IMG/VR virus record: IMGVR_UViG_3300031541_000022
Location: 1 to 41,154 of that record
DNA from: a virus
Reading direction: 5' to 3' (one strand)
Length of the DNA stretch: 41,154 nt
Under the pieces are notes generated by a model. That model had not been told where the DNA came from. It saw only the letters and a program-made list of their open reading frames with translations, and did no database searches. This document shows positions 8,152 through 16,258 of the stretch, piece by piece; position 1 is the first letter of the stretch; each line of letters opens with the position of its first letter. Position numbers and translations under genes: made by a program.

Positions 8152-9921
8152 ATGATCCGTCTAAAAAACATTACAATCAAAAACTTTATGAGCGTGGGCA
8201 ATGTAACCCAAGCTATCAACTTCCAGGACGCAGGCCTGACGCTTGTACTAGGTAACAACCTAGACCTTGGTGGTGATGGCTCACGTAACGGCGTGGGTAA
8301 AACCACAATGATTAACGCCCTCAGCTATGCTCTTTATGGCAATGCAATCACTAACATTCGCAAAAACAATCTCATCAACAAGACCAACAGCAAGGGCATG
8401 TTGGTAACAGTTGAGTTTGACGTGAATGGTACTGAGTATCGTATTGAGCGAGGACGTGGACCAAACATCCTCAAGTTTTTGGTTAACAATGTTGAGATGG
8501 AGAAAACAGATGAAGGCCAGGGTGAGATGCGTCTTACCCAGGAGGAAATCGAACGTGTGATTGGTATGAATCACATCATGTTCAAACACCTAATTGCCCT
8601 TAACACTTACAACGAGCCATTCCTGGCACTGAGGGCAAATGACCAAAGAGACATTATCGAAAACCTACTGGGAATCACTATGCTCTCAGAAAAGGCAGTT
8701 GTACTTAAAGAACTACTCAAAACAACCAAAGACCAGATCAAAGAAGAAGAATACCGCATCAAGGGGGTTGAGAGCGCAAACGAACAAATCAAGAAATCAA
8801 TCGACGATCTCAAGCGCCGCCAACGTATCTGGAAGGCGAAAAATGATGAAACGATACAAGATTTGGAGAGGCAAACCGCAGAGCTCGAAGAGCTCGACAT
8901 CGAACACGAGCTTGCGCAGCACATTGCTCTTGACTCTTATAATAGAACTAGGACTGAACTGGATGACTTTAACAGAGCTCTTGCCGGATTTGAGGCTTCG
9001 ATGCTTAAAGAAAAGCGCAGCCTTGACAAAGCTAGTTCAGACTTGGCAGCGGCACAAGATCACAAGTGCTATGCATGTGGACAAGACATACACGATACTG
9101 CCACAGTTCAAATCATCGAGACAAAAACCCAGGACGTCGACTCCGCTCAGGCAGCTATCAATGAAGCGCAGGAAGCTATTGACGAAATCATGGCCGCCAT
9201 CAGTGAAGTCACCCTCCCGGATGAAATTCCAGTTACTAAATACGCAACAGCGCAAGAAGCGTACGAGCAACAGAGTCAGCTTGCTACCCTAAAAAACAAG
9301 CTAGCTGACACACTCGCTGCTGAAGATCCATACTGTGACCAGATCAAACAACTGGAAAACAACGGATTGCAGCCAATAGAATGGGAAGTGATGAACAACT
9401 TGCATAATTTGCGTGAGCACCAAGAGTTTCTACTCAAGCTGCTTACCAACAAGGATAGCTTTATCCGCAAGCGTATCATCGAACAAAACCTACAATATCT
9501 CAACAGTCGTCTCAACTACTACCTTAACAAGCTGGGCTTGCCCCACGAGGTTGTATTCCAGAGCGATCTCAACGTAGAGATCACAGAACTGGGACGTGAG
9601 CTAGACTTTGACAACTTGAGCCGAGGAGAAAGAAACAGGCTGATCCTCGGACTTAGCTGGGCATTCCGTGACGTACACGAGAGCACCAACACACCAATTG
9701 ACTTCATGGCTATTGACGAATTGATTGATAGCGGCATGGATAGCAACGGTGTTGAGAGTGCACTTGGCGTACTCAAGAAAATGCACCGTGACCGCAACAA
9801 GAACATCTTCCTCATCTCACACAGAGAGGAATTGATTGGACGTGTTAACAACACACTCTACGTGGTCAAGGAGAATGGATTTACCAGCTTCAGCCCTGAC
9901 CAGGAGTTTGACATTGAGTGA
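8152..9921 (+). CDS. gp46: recombination ATPase subunit (Rad50/SbcC-like)
   Basis: Walker A NGVGKTT, coiled coil with zinc hook CYAC, signature LSRGE, Walker B AIDE, ISH. Confidence 0.95.
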   Translation: MIRLKNITIKNFMSVGNVTQAINFQDAGLTLVLGNNLDLGGDGSRNGVGKTTMINALSYALYGNAITNIRKNNLINKTNSKGMLVTVEFDVNGTEYRIERGRGPNILKFLVNNVEMEKTDEGQGEMRLTQEEIERVIGMNHIMFKHLIALNTYNEPFLALRANDQRDIIENLLGITMLSEKAVVLKELLKTTKDQIKEEEYRIKGVESANEQIKKSIDDLKRRQRIWKAKNDETIQDLERQTAELEELDIEHELAQHIALDSYNRTRTELDDFNRALAGFEASMLKEKRSLDKASSDLAAAQDHKCYACGQDIHDTATVQIIETKTQDVDSAQAAINEAQEAIDEIMAAISEVTLPDEIPVTKYATAQEAYEQQSQLATLKNKLADTLAAEDPYCDQIKQLENNGLQPIEWEVMNNLHNLREHQEFLLKLLTNKDSFIRKRIIEQNLQYLNSRLNYYLNKLGLPHEVVFQSDLNVEITELGRELDFDNLSRGERNRLILGLSWAFRDVHESTNTPIDFMAIDELIDSGMDSNGVESALGVLKKMHRDRNKNIFLISHREELIGRVNNTLYVVKENGFTSFSPDQEFDIE

Positions 9922-10264
9922 CATTAGTGCTACAATCAACCCATATAAAGAAATACCAGCTGGCTTAACTACTACGAATACGGTTAGCTCAGCAACATTA
10001 AACGTTAATTCAACCAGTAGTAACGGCAGTTATTGGATTGGTGACGGTACATATCGCCCAGACCAAATATACACTATGACTAGCCCAACTACGCAAACTG
10101 ACTATACGTATATCACAGCACCGTATCCGTCAACAACTGATATAAATGAAATAAACAAATGGGCAGCCCGTCGCAGTGCAGTAACACCAGACGGTGAGCG
10201 AGCAGAAATGCATCCAGACAGTAAATCTGGACACCTAACATCGGAGCTCTTTAATGATCTATAA
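9914..10264 (+). CDS. hypothetical Thr/Ser-rich protein
   Basis: Likely TTG start at 9914 after CAGGAG; overlaps both neighbours. Confidence 0.55.
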   Translation: MSDISATINPYKEIPAGLTTTNTVSSATLNVNSTSSNGSYWIGDGTYRPDQIYTMTSPTTQTDYTYITAPYPSTTDINEINKWAARRSAVTPDGERAEMHPDSKSGHLTSELFNDL

Positions 10265-10538
10265 AGACAACTATGACTATACCAAAAAATGGGTTCACAA
10301 CGAGTGGCCGAAAGAACGCGGCCCAGATATATCAGACAGTGAATACGAAGAAATTACAAAGCTTGTGGAAGAAATCCGTCACGGAAACGAAAAAATTGAT
10401 TGGGTTAATAGAATTAACCAAAATACTGGAACTGTACAAGTTACAACAAACGAAGACTATGATGAAGAAAGAGATGAGGTAGAACCTGACGAGACTGTTG
10501 GTCCTCTTCTCGCTGAAATTTTTAATAGTGACATCTAA
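10254..10538 (+). CDS. hypothetical protein
   Basis: 94-aa ORF with GGAG RBS, coupled to the upstream gene. Confidence 0.6.
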   Translation: MIYKDNYDYTKKWVHNEWPKERGPDISDSEYEEITKLVEEIRHGNEKIDWVNRINQNTGTVQVTTNEDYDEERDEVEPDETVGPLLAEIFNSDI

Positions 10539-10599
10539 AAGCAAGGCAAAAGGCAGCTCATGGGAACGTGATGTTGCCAAGTATTTGACAGAAACTTAA
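10528..10599 (+). pseudogene. N-terminal remnant of an Hjc-type Holliday junction resolvase
   Basis: GTG-start (M)TSKSKAKGSSWERDVAKYLTET then TAA; matches the K.KG...ER..A..L N-terminus of Hjc-like resolvases; no continuation found. Confidence 0.65.
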
Positions 10600-10620
10600 A
10601 TATTTGTATGTTCCGCATCT

Positions 10621-10628
10621 TATAAATA
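10621..10628 (+). promoter_or_regulatory. late promoter
   Basis: Perfect TATAAATA upstream of GGAG RBS and ATG at 10652. Confidence 0.75.
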
Positions 10629-10651
10629 GATGCAATAAATGGAGTATACAT

Positions 10652-11551
10652 ATGGGAGAATATGGACACTGGCAATATCCAGGAGACATTAATGTTAACG
10701 ATTGGTTTGGGTTCGTTTATCGTATTGTAGAATTAGATACTGGTCGTGAATATATTGGGAAAAAACAATTCCATTCACATACTCGGAAAAAAGTTGCAGG
10801 TCGCAAAAACCGTAAACGTGTTATTAAAGAAAGTGATTGGAAAACATATACTGGTTCATCTAAATCATTAAATGAACGTATGAATGAAATAGGGAAAGAT
10901 AAATATTCCTTTTTCATTGAGTCACTGCATGAAACTCGGGGAAGCTTGTTTTATGCTGAAGTTGAAAAACAAATCAAAGAAAATGTTCTACGAGAAAAAT
11001 TAGATGACGGCACACCAAAATATTACAATCGGTTAATAGCAGGCGTAAAATTTACACCACCTGAGTCAACAGAAATTGAAGACTGCGCCAATATAGAAAA
11101 CTACATTCTTATTGAGCCATTCAAATCTAATCATGATGTTTTTCTTGGTGAAGATAATCCAATGTATGGTAAACAAGACGTTAAAAATGGTTTAACATAT
11201 GAGCAATATTATGGTCCTGTACGGGCTGAAGAAATTAAAAAGAAACTAGCAGAATGTAATGAAGGGAAAATTAGCCAACATAGAGGAATAAACATCCATT
11301 CTGAAGAACAGATTAAAAAATGGAAGAATGATGATCGACGAAAATTCACTGGACCAAAAAATGGTATGTATGGTAAACCATGTCATTATAAAATGACTGA
11401 AGATGAAAAAGAACGTTGGAAGGGAAATATAAGTGCTGCCACTAAAGGAAAACCTAAAGAACAGGTAACTTGCCCACATTGTGGGAAACAAGGCGGGAAA
11501 CCGCCTATGATGCGATTTCATTTCGACAACTGTAAACAAAAGAACCATTGA
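10652..11551 (+). CDS. GIY-YIG (Seg-like) endonuclease with NUMOD3-like repeats and C-terminal zinc ribbon
   Basis: GFVYRIVELDTGREYIGKK, SDWKTYTGSS; GEDNPMYGK and GPKNGMYGK; CPHCGK...HFDNCK; AT-rich. Confidence 0.85.
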   Translation: MGEYGHWQYPGDINVNDWFGFVYRIVELDTGREYIGKKQFHSHTRKKVAGRKNRKRVIKESDWKTYTGSSKSLNERMNEIGKDKYSFFIESLHETRGSLFYAEVEKQIKENVLREKLDDGTPKYYNRLIAGVKFTPPESTEIEDCANIENYILIEPFKSNHDVFLGEDNPMYGKQDVKNGLTYEQYYGPVRAEEIKKKLAECNEGKISQHRGINIHSEEQIKKWKNDDRRKFTGPKNGMYGKPCHYKMTEDEKERWKGNISAATKGKPKEQVTCPHCGKQGGKPPMMRFHFDNCKQKNH

Positions 11552-11985
11552 GCTTGAGGTTCTAAAACTGCAAGCTTCCTAGCGGCTACAATAGGCTATC
11601 CTAAGACCACCTCAGAACCCTGACTATAGCGGCTCTATTCGAGCCTTGAGTTTGTGTAACCCATTGGTTGTACCGACGGATCTGGCATGCCGCAGTCTAT
11701 ACGCACTCATCCTGACAAATGAGAAATGAGCAGGCTCTACTGACCAATTGTAACCTGCAGACAGCGTTCGTGTTATCGTAACAGCACGGCGTGGTTCCGC
11801 GTTGAGAGTAGAAAGTAAAAGGGTATCGCTCAACCGCCCTTCCCTGGCTATACAAGGTTTTTCTGTTACGGTGTGGCTCGTCTTGACGAGTTGGCGACGG
11901 TAAACGTCACATAAGCCATAACCATACTTGGCCGCGGACAGGCTAAGTGTGGTTATTGGACTCTGGTAAATGCCAAATAGTTCAA
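11551..11985 (+). ncRNA. large structured non-coding RNA of unrecognised class with multiple predicted pseudoknots
   Basis: No credible ORF; more GC-rich than the adjacent gene; dense stems including a 16-bp stem 11918-11933/11941-11956; wobble pairs are G-U on the + strand; three loop-to-distal pairings. Confidence 0.7.
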
Positions 11986-12035
11986 ATGATTTGTTTCCAA
12001 CCGCTTTTAAACAACATATTGATTAGAATAAAAAA

Positions 12036-12106
12036 CGTTATGAGCATGATGAGTCGAACGAAGTGGAGACGAATGATGCGAAATAACGATGGTTCGAAGA
12101 ACCATC
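12036..12106 (+). other. tandem ssDNA-type hairpins with C(GAA)G triloops and GA/GA mismatches (candidate origin or primosome-loading signal)
   Basis: CGTTAT..ATAACG long hairpin with three GA/GA steps, then perfect GATGGTTC-GAA-GAACCATC. Confidence 0.55.
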
Positions 12107-12122
12107 AAGCACTTGATATTAA

Positions 12123-12141
12123 GTCAACCTTTACGGTTGAC
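12123..12141. terminator. hairpin between convergent transcription units
   Basis: GTCAACC-tttac-GGTTGAC just past the stop of the 12157 gene; weak U-tail. Confidence 0.4.
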
Positions 12142-12156
12142 ATCAGTCTGAATTGA

Positions 12157-12408
12157 TTATCGGAATTCCTGGCGTGGTGATTGTGGTCCTTGAGGACCAT
12201 TCATTTCCCCTGCAACCATCTTCTGTGATACCTTGTTAGGGTTCTGCTTTTCGGCCCTTTCTCGTAAAACTTCACCCAGGATGCGGCGTTCTCTATTGGT
12301 CATGTTCATGACATTCTCGTATGGTACATCGCTATAGACACTGAGGCGCATAACGTCTCTGATCAGTTCATCTCCGATTTTGTTGTAGCGATCTACCAAC
12401 TCCTTCAC
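12157..12408 (-). CDS. gp51: gp51-like baseplate hub/tail assembly protein, probably the -1 frameshift extension of the upstream gene
   Basis: YENVMNMTNRERRI motif typical of gp51/T-like chaperone tails; frame open back to the slippery site at 12453-12444. Confidence 0.65.
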   Translation of the reverse strand: MKELVDRYNKIGDELIRDVMRLSVYSDVPYENVMNMTNRERRILGEVLRERAEKQNPNKVSQKMVAGEMNGPQGPQSPRQEFR

Positions 12409-12425
12409 CTCCTGATAATCAGTGG

Positions 12426-13268
12426 TTAAAGCGAGCTGGTTCCGAAAAAATTTGCGGGATCAAATGTCACCTCCACAGAGAAATCATGTGAGCACTGTGG
12501 GCAGACAATCTTCATGTTACGATCTACACATTCCGTACTGAGCTCTTGTACTGCATCACGGATCTTTTGATATTCAGGTGCGGTGAGTTCAACCAGCCAT
12601 TCGTTGATAAATTTTGGATCGTCAACTATTTCGCCTTCAGGTGTTTCCACACTGACGATATGATTACTTGCAACTTCGAAGATCAATTCACTGCCGCGCT
12701 TCATCATTTCAGCAAGCTGTTTTTGATGCTCTTCCTTTTCAGTCACCGCTGCCAATTCAAACTGTCTAGCTGCACGAGCAATCTGTACCTGAAATTGGCT
12801 GAGGATTGTAGATGATTCAGCAGTGTGCGGTCTCAATTTAACTTTGAGATCACCAATTGTGATTTCATCTGGTGCCGTAATTTGTGTTGCATTAGCCAGA
12901 ACGTTGGTTAGGTTGATCTGATATTCCTCATCATGACCACACTTGGGACACTTGGCACCCACGTCCATGGTATCGCCATATGTTGCAATACGCATACCAA
13001 CAATGATGATATCAAAGTCTGGTGTGGGTATTTCACTGGCACGTTCAATTCCAGGTGCAATATGTTCCAAGACTTGGAAGATGCCATCGCTGTTCATAAG
13101 CCCGTCTGGGTTTTTGATTTTGAGTTCATCGCCCGCAGTCATGGGGCGAATTTCCAATTCACCATCTGCGCTCAAACGTGGTCGAGTTTTATAAAATCTG
13201 CCGCCGCTGGGCAATGTAACATAGGTCCCAGGACGTTCACTGTACTTTTTAAGTGGATTGTCTGTCAT
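12426..13268 (-). CDS. gp26: gp26-like baseplate hub assembly / tail chaperone
   Basis: YVTLPSGG, IRPMTAGDE, two CxxC pairs (CPKC, CPQC), ends ..NFF.. Confidence 0.8.
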   Translation of the reverse strand: MTDNPLKKYSERPGTYVTLPSGGRFYKTRPRLSADGELEIRPMTAGDELKIKNPDGLMNSDGIFQVLEHIAPGIERASEIPTPDFDIIIVGMRIATYGDTMDVGAKCPKCGHDEEYQINLTNVLANATQITAPDEITIGDLKVKLRPHTAESSTILSQFQVQIARAARQFELAAVTEKEEHQKQLAEMMKRGSELIFEVASNHIVSVETPEGEIVDDPKFINEWLVELTAPEYQKIRDAVQELSTECVDRNMKIVCPQCSHDFSVEVTFDPANFFGTSSL

Positions 13269-13288
13269 TTTGGGGATTCTCCGTGCGG

Positions 13289-13324
13289 ATAAATATCATG
13301 ATACCGCTCTCTACGGGTATTTAT
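13289..13324. promoter_or_regulatory. face-to-face late promoter pair
   Basis: ATAAATA (+) at 13289-13295 for the tape measure gene and ATAAATA (-) at 13318-13324 for the gp26-like gene. Confidence 0.7.
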
Positions 13325-13345
13325 CACGGGAAAAAGTAGCACTTA

Positions 13346-15715
13346 ATGGCACAAGGTGAAGCAACATTAACAGGTGATTCAGTACAAGGTAATTGGGCAA
13401 CTGAAGAAACCATGACAGCTCTACTTGATGTTATGGAAAACGCCTATGGCCGTAAGGGCAAAGGCGGTGGTGATACTGACAAACAGCAGAAGAAGCACAA
13501 CGAAGCAGTTGAGCACTCAAGCAAACTTTTCCGTAACCTTAACCAGCGTATTGAAGATGCCAAGTCTGCAATCAAAGACCGTATCAAAAGCGAGCGTGAA
13601 CTGGCTGAAAAATCAACACCGCAATTGGTTGAAGCTTTTGATGTCATGAAGGACAGTGGCCGCATGGCTGGCAAAGGCATTAAGAATTTGGGTAGCAGCG
13701 CCGCTGGTGCAGTTGAAGAATTCGAAAAGATGGAAGACACTGCCAAGGGCGTTAGTGATACTTTCTTTAAGGTTGTTGGTGGTGCTGGTGCGATTGGTAC
13801 TGCATTTGGTGTAGCTGCTGGTGTACTTGATGAGTTTATTGAATTCCAGACTGGTGCAATCCAGCGTGGATTTAGTTTTAGTGGTGCACTTGTAGACACT
13901 CGTACAGAAGTTGCTGAAGTTGGTTTGCGTATGCGCCAGTTGGGCGATGTTATTGCAATGAACGGAGAAGCTTTACGATTTTTGGGTAGCAACGGACGTG
14001 ATGCAACCAGCACATTTATTGGCATGATTGATTCCTACAGAGAACAGACACGTCAATTTGGATTTTTTGGTGCCACCACAGAAGAAATGGCTGGCCAGCT
14101 AATTGAGCAAGTAGATATCCTACGCCGTGGCGGTATGCAAGAGAATTTAGTTAGAGCACAAGCTGTTGACAGCCTAAAGATGCTCAACGAAGAAACATAT
14201 GCGCTATCACGTTTGACTGGTGTTGAGCGACGTGAGATTATGCGTAACAACCTAGAAATGCAAGAATCAAATGCACTTCTATTACATAACTTGGGCAACT
14301 TGGGTCCAGAAGCAATGGCTGGCTATAACAGCATGATGCAAACTCTAACAGGTAGCTTGGGTGGCGACAGTCCTGTTATTGAAATGATCAACAACATGCT
14401 ACGCACCTATTTTGCGGATGGTCAGATCAAATTAACACCAGATGAAATTGCAGCTATGAACATGGTACCTGGTCTGCAAGCTGCACTACAGGACCTAGTT
14501 GACGACTTCACAGCACGTAGTGGTGCAGTGACACAGGATCTACAATTTGCTGATATCCGTGGCATTGCTGAGATTTTGGGTCGCCAAAACGATCAAATTG
14601 CTGATCAAGTTGAAATACTAGGTGAAGAAGACGGCATGGGCGCAATACTATTGGGTCTATTGCAGAGTGAACAAAATGCACGTAATATTCTTAGTCGTAC
14701 ACTTGATGAAGCAGAACGCATTCTAGCTGAAGACATATCAGATAGCGAAGCTGAAATGCTCATGCTACGTGACAGGATTCGTGTTGTACAACAGGAAATC
14801 ATGGCAAGCTTCCTACGTTTGTTCCAGCTAGATGACTTAGAAGATTTAGCTAATGATGAAACATTTGAAGCAGTTCGTGCAAATGTTGCGGCATTTGGTG
14901 ATGGACTAGAATCAATCAGCAACGGTATTGAACGATTGGCTAGTATTTTTGGTGATGGTGATGGTACTATTGTTGACGAAATGTTAGTCGGTGCTGGACT
15001 GATTTTTGCAGCAAAAGGCGCGGTTGCACTGGCCCTGGCAGCAGGTGCAGCATCAATGTGGTCAACTGTAATGGGAACAGGCGCGGCGGCGACCGCAGGT
15101 GGCGCTGGTGCAACGACTGGTGCAGGCGGCGGACTTCTCAGTAAGATATTGCCAGGTGCACGTAAGCTACCATATATTGGTGCAGCCATTACGGGCGCAA
15201 TGGGATATTTCGACCAAGACTATCGAGATGCTGGTTATGGAGGCTTGGACCGCGCCGCACTTGGAGTTGGCGAGGGGGCCCTAGACTTAGTTGACGGATT
15301 TGCAAACATCTTTAATTGGGGAATAAAGGAAGCACTTGGTGTTGGTCCAGGATGGGATAATGGATCAGATTTAAGTCAGTCATTTAAGGACTGGGCAAAT
15401 AGTGATGATGGACAATGGTGGATGAGTTTTGGTCAACGCGGCGGCACCACACAAGACGCTGGCGGATCACAGACTTTTGGTAACATGAACTTTTTGGAAC
15501 AACAGGAGATGCGTAACAGAATGGCAGATGATATTCCTGGCAGTTACGCAACACTCGACAGTATGCGAGCGGCAGGCAGTCTCGATTCAGAAACACATGC
15601 AATCCTAACAGGACGTCCACTTCCAAGAGAAGTACAAGAATATCAGAACCGACAAATTGAATTGCTCAACGAGCAAAACCGTATTCTCAAATCAGTTAAT
15701 GAGAATCTTCAATAA
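13346..15715 (+). CDS. tape measure-like protein
   Basis: 789 aa, helical, Ala/Gly-rich hydrophobic segments, N-terminal ATEETM..LL motif; next to chaperone genes. Confidence 0.7.
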   Translation: MAQGEATLTGDSVQGNWATEETMTALLDVMENAYGRKGKGGGDTDKQQKKHNEAVEHSSKLFRNLNQRIEDAKSAIKDRIKSERELAEKSTPQLVEAFDVMKDSGRMAGKGIKNLGSSAAGAVEEFEKMEDTAKGVSDTFFKVVGGAGAIGTAFGVAAGVLDEFIEFQTGAIQRGFSFSGALVDTRTEVAEVGLRMRQLGDVIAMNGEALRFLGSNGRDATSTFIGMIDSYREQTRQFGFFGATTEEMAGQLIEQVDILRRGGMQENLVRAQAVDSLKMLNEETYALSRLTGVERREIMRNNLEMQESNALLLHNLGNLGPEAMAGYNSMMQTLTGSLGGDSPVIEMINNMLRTYFADGQIKLTPDEIAAMNMVPGLQAALQDLVDDFTARSGAVTQDLQFADIRGIAEILGRQNDQIADQVEILGEEDGMGAILLGLLQSEQNARNILSRTLDEAERILAEDISDSEAEMLMLRDRIRVVQQEIMASFLRLFQLDDLEDLANDETFEAVRANVAAFGDGLESISNGIERLASIFGDGDGTIVDEMLVGAGLIFAAKGAVALALAAGAASMWSTVMGTGAAATAGGAGATTGAGGGLLSKILPGARKLPYIGAAITGAMGYFDQDYRDAGYGGLDRAALGVGEGALDLVDGFANIFNWGIKEALGVGPGWDNGSDLSQSFKDWANSDDGQWWMSFGQRGGTTQDAGGSQTFGNMNFLEQQEMRNRMADDIPGSYATLDSMRAAGSLDSETHAILTGRPLPREVQEYQNRQIELLNEQNRILKSVNENLQ

Positions 15716-15723
15716 ATACCTAC

Positions 15724-16257
15724 ATGGAATACTACGTCTACATCTATCTTGAGAACGATTCACCATATTATGTTGGTATGGGTAAAGATCGTCGTTACAA
15801 ACAACCGCATAAGTATGTAAACGTACCGCGCGATTGGAATAATATTTGGATGATTCGAGGATTAACCCAAGATGAAGCGTGGAATATTGAAGAAATATTA
15901 GTAGATAGTATTGGTATGCAAATTGAAAACAAAGGACCATTGCTTAATCTACAACGTGGTGGTAAACCAGTACCAGGTGGATGGCACCACGCACCAGAAA
16001 CAAAGAAACGTATTTCTGAAAAACTTCGTGGTGTTTTAAAAACAGAAGAACATAAATTAAATATGTGTAAACCCAATACAAAAGAACACAATGAAAAAAT
16101 ACGTTTGGCTAACCTTGGACGTAAGGATGATGGCCGTAATATTAAGATAGGTAAAACCATGTCTAAGAAACGCTGGTACAATGATGGATCAATAACTAAA
16201 ATGTATGAGCCAGGAGATGAACCAAAAGGCTTTAAGCCTGGAAGAAAGGTAACATAA
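15724..16257 (+). CDS. free-standing GIY-YIG homing endonuclease with NUMOD3
   Basis: YYVYIY....PYYVGMGK; HAPETKKRISEKLRG; AT-rich; between the tape measure and portal genes. Confidence 0.8.
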   Translation: MEYYVYIYLENDSPYYVGMGKDRRYKQPHKYVNVPRDWNNIWMIRGLTQDEAWNIEEILVDSIGMQIENKGPLLNLQRGGKPVPGGWHHAPETKKRISEKLRGVLKTEEHKLNMCKPNTKEHNEKIRLANLGRKDDGRNIKIGKTMSKKRWYNDGSITKMYEPGDEPKGFKPGRKVT

Positions 16258-16258
16258 A

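Noticed and set aside
8639-9292. Long alternative-frame and antisense ORFs (also 13444-14025, 14605-15189, 18721-19347, 37945-38517)
   Set aside because: These are shadows of biased codon usage within well-supported genes; they have no RBS or motifs.
11611-11824. RNase P-like words (CAGAACCC.GACU and AGAAAGU)
   Set aside because: They are in the wrong order and a proper P4 helix does not form.
10598-12156. Group I intron interrupting the resolvase (exon ends in U, endonuclease ORF, GACUA at 11622 and AGUC near 11694 resembling P7)
   Set aside because: No second exon before the convergent gene, and I could not build the P3-P7-P8 or P4-P6 core. Not called, but still worth a cmscan.
11624-12156. 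Short ORFs 11624-11833 (-) and 11947-12156 (+)
   Set aside because: No RBS or recognisable motifs; they overlap dense secondary structure that explains the sequence better.
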